Both the position numbers and the translations under genes were made by a program. A stretch of DNA of 64,000 nucleotides from an uncultured Lachnospiraceae bacterium. Its GTDB lineage: Bacteria > Bacillota > Clostridia > Lachnospirales > Lachnospiraceae. This document shows positions 55,353 through 64,000 of the stretch, in pieces (position 1 is the first letter of the stretch; the number at the start of each line of letters is the position of its first letter). Under the pieces are notes generated by a model. It searched no databases, was not told where the DNA came from, and saw only the letters and a program-made list of their open reading frames with translations. The DNA lies in contig CACZBD010000007.1 in the NCBI GenBank assembly GCA_902779305.1, positions 88,760-152,759 on the forward strand. The letters are read 5' to 3'.

Positions 55353-56948
55353 ATGAAAAGAAACGGGTATTTTCAACTGCAGATGTCGGAACGCGGGACC
55401 TTTGTAAGGCTGTTTCCGCCAACGGAGGGCGGTGAGCCGATCCGCACGGATGAGATCAGGCAATATCTTGCCATGAAGAATTTCACGCCGGATCCGGTGC
55501 AATTGAACAAGGCGTTGATGGATCTTTCCGAACCGACGGATTTTAAACTGGATGATAAGAAAACATTTGCAGAAATGGAAATGTTTGTCCTTCAGATCGC
55601 GGAAAATAAGATGTCTGCAACTGCCAGATTTTATCCGCCGAGCAGTGCCGGCACGTCCCTGCACAAGGAAGATATCATCAATGACCTGAAACATAAAGGG
55701 ATCAAGGCCGGGATCGATGAGGCAGAGATCGACAGATTTTTAAAAGAAAAACATTACTGTTCCGATTATGTTCTTGCAAAAGGCAAAGCGCCCGTGCAGG
55801 GACAGGATGCTTCGATCGAATATTTCTTTAACACCAATCCGAATACCAAACCGGCGCTGAATGATGACGGTACCGTTGATTTCTTCAACCTGAACGTGAT
55901 CAGTAAGTGCGAAGTCGGTCAGGAACTTGCGAGACTCCATCCGGAAGTTCCCGGCGAAGCGGGATATAATGTCCTCGGAGAACGGGTTGCCCCAAGAGAT
56001 GTTATCAAGATGCGGCTTCGTTACGGCAGAAACATTACATTATCGGAAGACGGACTGTCCATCTCTTCCAATGTGAACGGTCATGTATCCCTGACGGAGG
56101 ATCTGGTGACCGTTACCGATGTTTATGAGGTGACGGATGTCGATACGGCAACGGGTAATATTGAATACAGCGGCAATGTGCAGGTTCTCGGAAATGTGAA
56201 AGCCGGATTCGCTGTTCAGGCTGACGGGAATATCGAAGTCAGAGGTGTTGTGGAAGGCGCTTTGCTGCAGGCGGGCGGTGATATCATCATCATGCGCGGC
56301 ATGAACGGCATGGGAAGAGGCAAACTGATCGCGGACGGAAACATCGTATCCAAGTTCATTGAGAATTCGGATGTGAGAGCAGGCGGCTATGTTCATTCCG
56401 AAGCCATCATGCACAGCACCATCACTGCAAAAGGGGATGTGGAAGTTACCGGTAAAAAAGGATTCATTACCGGCGGCTGTGTGCATTCCATGGGAACGGT
56501 CAGTGCCAAGACCATCGGATCGACAATGGGTGCGAAGACCGATATCGAAGTCGGGATCGATCCGACGATCAAAGAGCGCGTGAATCATCTGATGCAGAGT
56601 ACGGCAGATATCAGAAAACAGCTGCAGCAGATTGAACCTGTACTCGTTACATTTACGCAGAAGCTGCAAAAGGGTAATCAGCTTACAACAGACCAGCAGA
56701 TGTATTTTAACCAGTTAAAAACAGCCTATCAGAAACTGAAACCGCAACAGAAGGAAGAAGAGGCGGAACTGGAAAGACTGACTGCGGAAATGGAAATGAT
56801 GACTACGGATGCGATCGTGAAAGTCCAGGACTTTGCATATCCCGGAACGATGATCAAGATCAGCGATGTTTCATTAAATATCAGTTCCAATATACAGCAT
56901 TGCAGGTTTGTCAAAGAAGGAGCAGATATCCGTATCAAATCGTATTAA
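55353..56948 (+). CDS. FapA-family (DUF342) protein
   Basis: 531 aa. A central beta-helix-like repeat region (GNIEYSGNVQVLGNVKAGFAVQADGNIEVRGVVEGA..) and a C-terminal coiled coil, as I recall for DUF342/FapA. RBS is GGGGG. Confidence 0.75.
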   Translation: MKRNGYFQLQMSERGTFVRLFPPTEGGEPIRTDEIRQYLAMKNFTPDPVQLNKALMDLSEPTDFKLDDKKTFAEMEMFVLQIAENKMSATARFYPPSSAGTSLHKEDIINDLKHKGIKAGIDEAEIDRFLKEKHYCSDYVLAKGKAPVQGQDASIEYFFNTNPNTKPALNDDGTVDFFNLNVISKCEVGQELARLHPEVPGEAGYNVLGERVAPRDVIKMRLRYGRNITLSEDGLSISSNVNGHVSLTEDLVTVTDVYEVTDVDTATGNIEYSGNVQVLGNVKAGFAVQADGNIEVRGVVEGALLQAGGDIIIMRGMNGMGRGKLIADGNIVSKFIENSDVRAGGYVHSEAIMHSTITAKGDVEVTGKKGFITGGCVHSMGTVSAKTIGSTMGAKTDIEVGIDPTIKERVNHLMQSTADIRKQLQQIEPVLVTFTQKLQKGNQLTTDQQMYFNQLKTAYQKLKPQQKEEEAELERLTAEMEMMTTDAIVKVQDFAYPGTMIKISDVSLNISSNIQHCRFVKEGADIRIKSY

Positions 56949-56972
56949 GGCAGATGCCGGGAGGACTGAGGC

Positions 56973-57281
56973 ATGATATCTCCGCTGGAAAGCAACGGGA
57001 TCATTTCCAGGACCCAGGATATTTCCATATTGAAACAGAATGAGGATTCGCGGGGGGATCTTGTTCATATGACCACCCAGGATACTTTTGATGATGAGCG
57101 GGATCAGTTTGTTCATACGGTTCATGACGCCGATGATACCGATGAAACGGATACACATCATGATGCCCGCGAAAAAGGAAAGAATGAATATATCGATCAG
57201 CGGAACAAACAAAGGAAACAGAAGAAGCCGCAGGACCGTGTGATCGCAAAAAGCAACCACGGGTTTGATATTAAGATCTGA
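56973..57281 (+). CDS. Small highly charged, Asp/His-rich protein (unknown function)
   Basis: 102 aa. RBS GGGAGGA lies upstream, there is no TM segment, and no family was recognised. Confidence 0.55.
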   Translation: MISPLESNGIISRTQDISILKQNEDSRGDLVHMTTQDTFDDERDQFVHTVHDADDTDETDTHHDAREKGKNEYIDQRNKQRKQKKPQDRVIAKSNHGFDIKI

Positions 57282-57302
57282 GAGAGGAGTCCGATCAATC
57301 TT

Positions 57303-57974
57303 ATGACTACAATGGAAATAGCACTCCTTGTAACAGGAGTGATTATTTTTGCTCTAAGTTTTCTGATCCCGGACAAGAAGAAGGAAAACACCGAAACTGC
57401 GGCAGACCCGCAGGAAATCCGGAAGATGATGGAAACGGAACTGAATGGCATGAAACTGCGAGTCAACGAGGCTACGGATGAGACCGTTGAATATGCCATG
57501 GAGAAAGCGGAAAGACAGCTGGAAAAGATCTCGAATGAAAAGATCATGGCGCTTTCCGAGTATTCGGATACGATCATGGAAGGCATTGACAAGAGTCATC
57601 AGGAAGTTCTGTTCATGTATGACATGCTTTCCAATAAGCAGACCGATCTGAAAGATACGGTGCGTAAGGCAGAGGCTACCGTGCGTGAAGTGGAAGCAGT
57701 GCAGCCTGCCATGGAACCCGAGCCCGTAAAGCAGCCGGAGACGCCGGTCTTTGTTCAGCAGCCTTCACCGGACGGAACGGATTTCGTCAGTCTGGTCAGC
57801 AGTGATCATATTGTGGACGATTATATCCGCGATGATGAAGAAGATGCCGGCGTTAACAATAATGACAGGATCTTAGCACTCAGCGAGCAGGGACTCGGCA
57901 CGGTGGAGATCGCCAGAGAACTTGGGATCGGTGTCGGAGAAGTAAAACTGGTCATTGACTTATATAAAGGATAA
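57303..57974 (+). CDS. Membrane-anchored coiled-coil protein with a C-terminal HTH-like motif (DUF6115/DUF2802-like architecture)
   Basis: 223 aa. N-terminal TM segment (IALLVTGVIIFALSFLI), a coiled coil, and the C-terminal ILALSEQGLGTVEIARELGIGVGEVKLVIDLYKG. Confidence 0.6.
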   Translation: MTTMEIALLVTGVIIFALSFLIPDKKKENTETAADPQEIRKMMETELNGMKLRVNEATDETVEYAMEKAERQLEKISNEKIMALSEYSDTIMEGIDKSHQEVLFMYDMLSNKQTDLKDTVRKAEATVREVEAVQPAMEPEPVKQPETPVFVQQPSPDGTDFVSLVSSDHIVDDYIRDDEEDAGVNNNDRILALSEQGLGTVEIARELGIGVGEVKLVIDLYKG

Positions 57975-57977
57975 ATT

Positions 57978-58646
57978 ATGCGTATCAGAATGTATTTGAG
58001 AGGATTGGGAATCGGGATCGTTGTGACTGCCCTGATCATGGGGATCACGTCCGGAAAAAAACAATCCATGACAGATGAAGAGATCAAAGCAAAAGCTGCC
58101 GCGCTTGGCATGGTAGAACAGGAATCTGTTCTAAAGCCTGTCATTTCAGAGGAACCGCAGACGATAGAGCCTATTCAGGAGGCGGAAGAGACACAGGAAG
58201 CGGAAGAGACACAGGAAGCGGAAGTGTCGCAGGCTGAGGAACCGGCAGAAGCAGAAGATACAAAAACAGACAGCGAAACGAACGGTGAGGCAGCCGGGGA
58301 AACAAAGGAAGAAGCGGTTACGGAAGAACCTGCTGAAGAACCTGCAGCGGATACCGAAACTGTAAAGGAAGAACCAAAAACAGAAGCAGAAACAAAGACA
58401 GAAGTTAAAACAGAAGAATCCGGGAAGGTAAAAACAAGCGGTACATTTACACTTGAGATCGCCGGCGGTTATGATTCCGTAAAGGTCTGCCAGCTTTTGG
58501 AAAAAGGAGGCATGATCGCTTCCGCATCTGATTTTGATCAATACCTGTGTGATCACGGATATGACCATACCATCAGGACCGGAAAATACAGCATCAAAGC
58601 CGGCTCGGATTATGAAACGATCGCAAAGATCATCACAGGACGATAA
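57978..58646 (+). CDS. Membrane-anchored protein with an acidic repeat linker and a C-terminal MltG/YceG N-terminal-like (LysM-like) domain, but no transglycosylase domain
   Basis: 222 aa. TM segment (LGIGIVVTALIMGI), E/T/A-rich linker, and the C-terminus FTLEIAGGYDSVKVCQLLEKGGMIASASDFDQYL..IRTGKYSIKAGSDYETIAKIITG, which resembles the small N-terminal domain of MltG. Confidence 0.55.
   Translation: MRIRMYLRGLGIGIVVTALIMGITSGKKQSMTDEEIKAKAAALGMVEQESVLKPVISEEPQTIEPIQEAEETQEAEETQEAEVSQAEEPAEAEDTKTDSETNGEAAGETKEEAVTEEPAEEPAADTETVKEEPKTEAETKTEVKTEESGKVKTSGTFTLEIAGGYDSVKVCQLLEKGGMIASASDFDQYLCDHGYDHTIRTGKYSIKAGSDYETIAKIITGR
58182..58235 (+). repeat. In-frame 18-nt tandem repeat (about 3 copies) encoding AEETQE
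   Basis: GCGGAAGAGACACAGGAA occurs twice (58182-58217), followed by a diverged copy GCGGAAGTGTCGCAGGCT. Confidence 0.85.
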
Positions 58647-58672
58647 TATAGAGACAAAACAGGAGGTTTTTT

Positions 58673-59560
58673 ATGAGCGATTATGTTATCAGCTGCTGCA
58701 CCGCGGCGGATCTGGATGAAGAATACATCAGGAGCAGGAATATTTCCTATACCTGCATGAAATATGAACTTGACGGCAAGGTTTATCCGGATGATCTTGG
58801 AAAAACCATTTCCTATGATGATTTTTACAAAGCGATGATCGCGGGTGCTTCCACGAAAACATCCCAGGTCAATGCGGAAGAATACGAGCAGTATTTCGAT
58901 TCGATCCTGTCACAGGGCAAAGATCTGATCCATTTCTGCCTTTCCAGCGGCTTATCCGGTTCTGTGAATTCGGCAAATATCGCGATGGAGGAACTCAAAG
59001 AACGCTATCCGGATCGAAAGATCTTTGTGGTGGATTCTCTTGCAGCCTCTTCCGGGTTCGGCCTTCTGGTGGATAAGATGGCCGATCTAAGAGATGAGGG
59101 TAAAACGATCGAGGAAGTCTATGATTTTGCGATCAAAAACAGACTGAAACTGCATCATTGGTTTTTCTCGACGGATCTGACATTTTATATCAGAGGAGGA
59201 CGCGTCAGCAAGCCGGCCGGATATATCGGTAACATGTTCAATATCTGTCCGCTCTTAAATGTGGACTATGAAGGCCATTTGATCGCGCGTCACAAGATCC
59301 GTACCAAGAAAAAAGTCATTCAGGCTACCGCGGAAAAGATGTTTGAACTGGCAGATGGGGGCGTTGACTACAGCGAAAAATGCTTTATCTCGCATTCCTA
59401 CTGTTATGAGGATGCAAGAGCGGTCGCGGATCTGATCGAGGAACATTTCCCGCATTTAAAAGGAAAAGTACAGATCTTTAATATCGGCATGACGATTGGT
59501 GCGCATGCGGGTCCGGGGACCGTTGCGCTGTTCTTCTGGGGAAGTGAGAGAACAGACTGA
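58673..59560 (+). CDS. DegV-family fatty-acid-binding protein
   Basis: 295 aa. LSSGLSGS motif, KIFVVDSL, and the C-terminal IGAHAGPGTVALFF. RBS is AGGAGG. Confidence 0.85.
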   Translation: MSDYVISCCTAADLDEEYIRSRNISYTCMKYELDGKVYPDDLGKTISYDDFYKAMIAGASTKTSQVNAEEYEQYFDSILSQGKDLIHFCLSSGLSGSVNSANIAMEELKERYPDRKIFVVDSLAASSGFGLLVDKMADLRDEGKTIEEVYDFAIKNRLKLHHWFFSTDLTFYIRGGRVSKPAGYIGNMFNICPLLNVDYEGHLIARHKIRTKKKVIQATAEKMFELADGGVDYSEKCFISHSYCYEDARAVADLIEEHFPHLKGKVQIFNIGMTIGAHAGPGTVALFFWGSERTD

Positions 59561-59619
59561 TCTTTTAACATGACATAAAGAAGGCAGGTGTATAAGCTTG
59601 ACGCTTACCGAGGCAGAAT

Positions 59620-59655
59620 AAAAAAAGTGCTCTGCAAATTGCAGAGCACTTTCTG
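59620..59655. terminator. Bidirectional terminator between degV and the convergent CAP-domain gene
   Basis: AAAAAAAGTGCTCTGCAA/TTGCAGAGCACTTTCT with an A-run and a T-rich flank. Confidence 0.7.
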
Positions 59656-59671
59656 TGTTTACTGGTTTCGA

Positions 59672-60241
59672 TCAATAACCGAATTCCAAAGCCCAGTAGT
59701 TTGTGCCGTCATCTGTCTGGTACAGAGAGATCGCAACATTGTTGAAATCATCATACAGAATGTTGTCTCTGTGCGCAGGGCTGTTCATCCATTCCGTTAC
59801 AACCTGATTCGCACTCGTCTGACCCCAGGCAAGATTCTCACCACCCATGATCTTGCTGTTTACGGTATACCACTGGGTACCGTTCGGTCTGGTGTGAGAG
59901 AAGGAGACAGAAGCCTCTTCAGCTCTAACCGCTGCGGTCGTTTCGAGATTTGAACTCCAAGTCAGGTCGGATAAGCCGGCATCTTCGCGTTCCTCATTTA
60001 CGAGGTTGTATGCGCGCAGCGCATCGCTTCTGAGTGATGCGGATTCACTGGAGGAATCTGCAGCAGCAAGTGCGTCATCATCAATGTAGATCACGCTGTC
60101 GCTGTCGATCTCCTGTGCAGTTCTTTTTGATGCATCATTGTCAATGCCGGACTCATGATTACGGAAGAGGAATGCACCGCCGATCACGGTAACACCCAGG
60201 ACTCCCAATGTCAGTAAACTGATGAGAGTTTTCTTCTTCAT
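59672..60241 (-). CDS. Secreted CAP/SCP-domain protein (YkwD-like)
   Basis: It has a signal peptide (MKKKTLISLLTLGVLGV), HTRPNG, GENLAWG and WMNSPAHRDNIL. The preferred start is ATG 60241 behind AAAGGAGGA. Confidence 0.85.
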   Translation of the reverse strand: MKKKTLISLLTLGVLGVTVIGGAFLFRNHESGIDNDASKRTAQEIDSDSVIYIDDDALAAADSSSESASLRSDALRAYNLVNEEREDAGLSDLTWSSNLETTAAVRAEEASVSFSHTRPNGTQWYTVNSKIMGGENLAWGQTSANQVVTEWMNSPAHRDNILYDDFNNVAISLYQTDDGTNYWALEFGY

Positions 60242-60489
60242 GACTGTCCTCCTTTCTCGATTCTGCATATACACACAAAACTCGCTTTATCCTAATGTCA
60301 TTATATCACATAAAATACAAAATGCAACAACATTTTTAAAAAAAATCACAAAAATATAAAAAAGTGACAAAACGGCAGATATGCAAAAAAAGTCAAACCA
60401 TGTATAATCTAAATTGATTATAGCATATCGTGCAATAATAGAATATGGTAAATTATCACAAAAAAAGATCTTTATAAAATCGGTCTTTC

Positions 60490-61449
60490 ATGGAGAATAA
60501 GAAGATGAATAATCAACCGGAAATGAAAAAAACCATTCAGAGGATCCTGCTCTTTACCGGGATCGCTTATGTTTTGACATACGTTCTGGAGCTGGTCTTT
60601 GTTCTTCCCGCGGCAAAAGCAAACCGGACAACAGGAAACGTGCTTTACAGTATCATGGCGGCAGTCGCCATGATGATGCCGGCAATTGCGGTGCTTCTTA
60701 CCAGATGGATCACGAAAGAAGGCTTTTCGGATCATCTGCTTACATTTAATATGAAGAAAGAGAACCGGAAGTTCTACCTGCTTGCCTGGTTCCTGCCTGC
60801 TGTGCTTACATTTGCCGGCGGCGGATTGTATTTTTTGATCTTCCCCGGACAATTTGACTGGAATATGACCTATTATATGGAAACGGTTTCAAGGACCGGT
60901 ACATCCGTTACACTGGAAGCATTGCGCAACACGATCATCAGTCAATTGGTAACGGCCGTTATTCTGGGGCCTGTCATGAACTGCATCACCTGCTTTGGAG
61001 AAGAGTGGGGATGGAGAGGATATCTGTTGCCGAAACTGATGAAACTGATGCCGAAGATTCCTGCGATCCTCTTAACCGGTGTGATCTGGGGATTGTGGCA
61101 TATCCCGTATGTCATCGCAGGATTAAATTACGGAATGGAATATGCAGGATATCCGTATCTGGGGATTCTGCTGATGACGGTCTTCTGTGTGTTTGTCGGC
61201 ATCTTCTTATCTTATGTGACGATCCGCTGCAACAGCTGCATTCCCGCGATCATCGCGCATGGCGCGGTAAATGCGATTGCTGCCGTCGGCGTGTATTTTA
61301 CACCGGACGGCGGGAAACTGTTATTCGGACCGGCGATCACCGGTCTTGTCGGGATGATCCCTGTAATAATAACTGCCGTTATTATAATCGTTCTCCTGGT
61401 GCGTAATAGCACTTGTGTAAATGAAACGACATGTGATAAAATGATTTAG
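60490..61449 (+). CDS. CPBP-family intramembrane glutamic endopeptidase (CAAX/Abi-type)
   Basis: Polytopic. Motif 1 is EEWGWRGYL, there is a WH motif, and motif 3 is AHGAVNA. The likely start is ATG 60505 behind GGAGAA. Confidence 0.85.
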   Translation: MENKKMNNQPEMKKTIQRILLFTGIAYVLTYVLELVFVLPAAKANRTTGNVLYSIMAAVAMMMPAIAVLLTRWITKEGFSDHLLTFNMKKENRKFYLLAWFLPAVLTFAGGGLYFLIFPGQFDWNMTYYMETVSRTGTSVTLEALRNTIISQLVTAVILGPVMNCITCFGEEWGWRGYLLPKLMKLMPKIPAILLTGVIWGLWHIPYVIAGLNYGMEYAGYPYLGILLMTVFCVFVGIFLSYVTIRCNSCIPAIIAHGAVNAIAAVGVYFTPDGGKLLFGPAITGLVGMIPVIITAVIIIVLLVRNSTCVNETTCDKMI

Positions 61450-61453
61450 GCGT

Positions 61454-62428
61454 TTGCTGACGGAGAACAGATCATTGGACAGAGCAAAGCGGGTTCGGCT
61501 TCTCAAGAGAATAATCATTGCGACGATCCTTGGAATGATCCTGCTTCCGACAATTCTTTGTGTGATCCTTTTTATCCGCGTTTCCACTCTGCAAAAGGAG
61601 CTTTCACGGATCGGTGCTGCATCGGAACAGGATGCAAAGCTGGTTTCCAAGCAGGAGGATACGATCCTTTTGCTGCAGGAACAGATCAAAGCACGGGACC
61701 TTGAGATCGCGGAACTGTCGGATCGGATCGCGCAGGTACAGGATCTGCCGGGATCCGGCATGGCAAAAGAATCTGCAGGATCGACAGAAGACCGTTTGTC
61801 CGGCTGGCCCGTAAAAGTGTATCTTACTTTTGACGATGGTCCGAGCGCTCATACGCAGGATATTCTGGATATATTGGATGCATATGGTGTGAAGGGCAAT
61901 TTTTTTGTCTGTGCCACGCGCAACGAGGAATATCTGAAGTTTTACAAAGAGATCCTGAATCGCGGGCACATGCTCGGACTGCATTCCTATTCCCATGAAT
62001 ATGACAGGATCTATGCTTCGCAGGAAGCATTTGAAGAAGATGTGACTGCGATCCGTGATTTTGTAAAAGAACAGACCGACGGATTTATCGCGACCTATTA
62101 CAGGTTTCCCGGCGGCAGTTCCAATCTTTATTCCGGCGTCAGCCTTGAGGAATGTGTCGGATTTCTGGAAGAACAGGGACTGGTCTATTATGATTGGAAC
62201 ATGTCCACAAAAGATGCGGTAAATCCCATGCAGCCGGTGGACGTTATATTTGACAATGCAACAAAAGGCTGTGAGGATCATGAGGAAGTTGTGATCCTGA
62301 TGCATGATCTTGGGAATAAGGACTCCACGGTGGAAGCATTGCCAAAGATCATTCAGTTTTATCAGGAACGAGGTTCCGAGATCGCTTTGATCGATGAGGA
62401 TTCAAAACGGATCCGGATAGAGAAATAA
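61454..62428 (+). CDS. Membrane-anchored polysaccharide deacetylase (NodB homology domain)
   Basis: TM segment plus coiled coil, then YLTFDDGPS, GLHSYSHE and RFPGGS. The start is uncertain (TTG 61454, or TTG 61475 behind GGAG). Confidence 0.85.
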   Translation: MLTENRSLDRAKRVRLLKRIIIATILGMILLPTILCVILFIRVSTLQKELSRIGAASEQDAKLVSKQEDTILLLQEQIKARDLEIAELSDRIAQVQDLPGSGMAKESAGSTEDRLSGWPVKVYLTFDDGPSAHTQDILDILDAYGVKGNFFVCATRNEEYLKFYKEILNRGHMLGLHSYSHEYDRIYASQEAFEEDVTAIRDFVKEQTDGFIATYYRFPGGSSNLYSGVSLEECVGFLEEQGLVYYDWNMSTKDAVNPMQPVDVIFDNATKGCEDHEEVVILMHDLGNKDSTVEALPKIIQFYQERGSEIALIDEDSKRIRIEK

Positions 62429-62448
62429 ATCATACGGAGGAAGGATTT

Positions 62449-63522
62449 ATGAGCTTTTTCAAAGACTTTAAAGCCGATCTGTCACAGGCGGTAAACGAAC
62501 TGTTACCGGATGAGACAGGTTCTGCGCAGGATGTCATGGCAGAAGAACCGCAGATGGTCGACACGATCACGGATAACGGTGGTTATCAGGAGGATATCTC
62601 CGACATATTGGAGAAATTGGACCAGGCATCACAGAATACACAGGAGAATGGGTCTCTGTTTGCGGATGAGAGTGAGACGGTGCAACCGATCCCGGAGCCG
62701 GTACCTGAACCGCTTCCGGTTCCTGAACCTTTGCCCGAGCCTGAACCTGTACCCGTTCCTGCAGCTGAACCTGTGCCGGCTCCGATGCCTTCAGAGGTAG
62801 TTTATACCGAAGCTGTCAGCGAGCCTGCAGCTCCTGCTCCCGCGCCGGCGCCTGTTGAACAGCCTGTGCAAAAGCCGGTTGAGCCTGCGTCTGTCATGCA
62901 GTCACAGCCCGCACCGGAACCCGTGATACAAACGCCGCCCGCGCCGGAACCGGAAGCGCCCGTGATGCAGCCTGCGGAAGAGAAGATCCCGGTTGCGCCG
63001 GTATTTTCACAGGAAGTCAAGAGATCTGCACCGATCAATACAACTATGGAGGATTTTTCAATGGAAACAGCGATCATTACCGCCGGCATGGCGATCAAAG
63101 GAGATGTGAATTCGGACGGCTCGCTTGATCTGAGCGGAAGCGTGACCGGTAATATCAATATCAAAGGAAAACTGGAAGTTACCGGAGCGATCGAAGGAAA
63201 TTCGTTTGCCGAGGAAGTATTTGCTGACGGTGCACAGATCACCGGTGAGATCCATTCCAACGGCTCCGTTAAGATCGGGGAAGGCACGGTTGTAAAAGGA
63301 AATATCTCCGCAACTTCGGCCGTACTTGCCGGTGCCGTAAAAGGCGATATCGATGTACAGGGCCCTGTGATCTTAGATTCCACAGCGATCATTATGGGGA
63401 ACATCAAATCCAAATCGATCCAGATCAACAACGGAGCGGTGATCGAAGGTCTCTGCTCGCAGTGCTATGCCGATGTGAGCCCGATGAGCTTTTTCGGTGA
63501 AGACAAGAAATCAAAATCATAA
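62449..63522 (+). CDS. Bactofilin-domain protein with an acidic N-terminus and a long Pro-rich linker
   Basis: 357 aa. PEPVPEPLPVPEPLPEPEPVPVP linker, then beta-helical bactofilin repeats (IKGDVNSDGSLDLSGSVTGNINIKGKLEVTGAIEGN...GNIKSKSIQINNGAVIEG). RBS is GGAGGAAGG. Confidence 0.8.
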   Translation: MSFFKDFKADLSQAVNELLPDETGSAQDVMAEEPQMVDTITDNGGYQEDISDILEKLDQASQNTQENGSLFADESETVQPIPEPVPEPLPVPEPLPEPEPVPVPAAEPVPAPMPSEVVYTEAVSEPAAPAPAPAPVEQPVQKPVEPASVMQSQPAPEPVIQTPPAPEPEAPVMQPAEEKIPVAPVFSQEVKRSAPINTTMEDFSMETAIITAGMAIKGDVNSDGSLDLSGSVTGNINIKGKLEVTGAIEGNSFAEEVFADGAQITGEIHSNGSVKIGEGTVVKGNISATSAVLAGAVKGDIDVQGPVILDSTAIIMGNIKSKSIQINNGAVIEGLCSQCYADVSPMSFFGEDKKSKS

Positions 63523-63542
63523 ACACGGCACAGGAGAAGAGC

Positions 63543-64000
63543 ATGAAACGTGTATTGCTGAAACTCAGCGGGGAAGCGCTTGCCGGTGAGAAGAAGACAG
63601 GCTTTGATGAGGAAACCGTCAAAAAGGTTGCCTTGCAGGTAAAACAGCTTGTGGACCAAAAGATCGAAGTCGGGATCGTGATCGGCGGCGGCAATTTCTG
63701 GAGAGGAAGAACGAGCGAAAATATCGACCGCGTGAAAGCGGATCAGATCGGGATGCTTGCAACCGTCATGAACTGTATCTATGTATCGGAGATCTTCCGT
63801 TCACAGGGAATGATGACCAATATCCTGACACCTTTTGAATGCGGATCATTCACCAAACTGTTTTCCAAAGACCGCGCGAACAAGTATTTCGCGAGAGGGA
63901 TGGTCGTATTCTTTGCAGGCGGTACCGGACATCCGTATTTCTCAACGGATACGGGCGTTGTGCTACGGGCCGTGGAAGTGGAGGCGGAAGGGATCCTGCT
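63543..64000 (+). CDS. pyrH: UMP kinase, 5' part (runs off the right edge)
   Basis: MKRVLLKLSGEALAGE...VGIVIGGGNFWRG...FFAGGTGHPYFSTDT. Confidence 0.93.
   Translation, partial: MKRVLLKLSGEALAGEKKTGFDEETVKKVALQVKQLVDQKIEVGIVIGGGNFWRGRTSENIDRVKADQIGMLATVMNCIYVSEIFRSQGMMTNILTPFECGSFTKLFSKDRANKYFARGMVVFFAGGTGHPYFSTDTGVVLRAVEVEAEGIL

Noticed and set aside
60242-60489. Partial sigma-28 -10 match (ACGATAT on the minus strand near 60426-60432) upstream of the CAP-domain gene
   Set aside because: There is no TAAA -35 element at the required distance, and the match is in very AT-rich DNA. It is probably fortuitous.
1-64000. Mobile elements, prophage, defence islands, toxin-antitoxin pairs, tRNA/rRNA genes
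   Set aside because: I saw no integrase, transposase or recombinase, no terminal inverted repeats flanking a gene block, no tRNA-like cloverleaf candidates in the short intergenic regions, and no abrupt change in composition by eye. The CPBP 'Abi' protease alone is not evidence of a defence system.

Overview
This is a chromosomal segment that looks like Firmicutes/Clostridia (Lachnospiraceae-like; the taxon is inferred only from gene order and protein style). It holds about 62 protein genes, and all but two (rpsT and a CAP-domain gene) are on the + strand. Positions 1-24.1 kb are mostly housekeeping: an SPFH/zinc-ribbon protein, cysK, an orphan carB, serS, a NYN/LOTUS protein, an oxidoreductase, rpsT, lepA, hemW, a large PAS/GGDEF/EAL protein, an HD-domain protein, comM, dprA, topA and codY. 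Positions 24.3-55.3 kb are one long B. subtilis-type fla/che super-operon running from flgB to sigD. It differs from the B. subtilis order in four ways: motAB is embedded after flgE, a 'flg_new' gene sits between flgD and flgE, a PilZ gene sits between flhG and cheB, and a small membrane protein sits between cheD and sigD. Positions 55.3-64 kb carry a FapA/DUF342 gene plus three uncharacterised genes, then degV, a CAP-domain protein, a CPBP protease, a polysaccharide deacetylase, a bactofilin and the start of pyrH. I found no tRNA or rRNA genes, no CRISPR array, and no transposase, integrase, prophage or obvious defence island. The window is largely core genome, so claims of novelty are modest. 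The best candidates for undescribed biology are these: (1) the four-gene module downstream of sigD; (2) an array of four hairpin repeats directly upstream of the NYN/LOTUS predicted RNase; (3) a pair of degenerate c-di-GMP signalling proteins, together with a PilZ gene inside the flagellar operon; (4) an internal sigma-28-type promoter in front of fliK. All family assignments come from reading motifs by eye and from recall; no database search was run.
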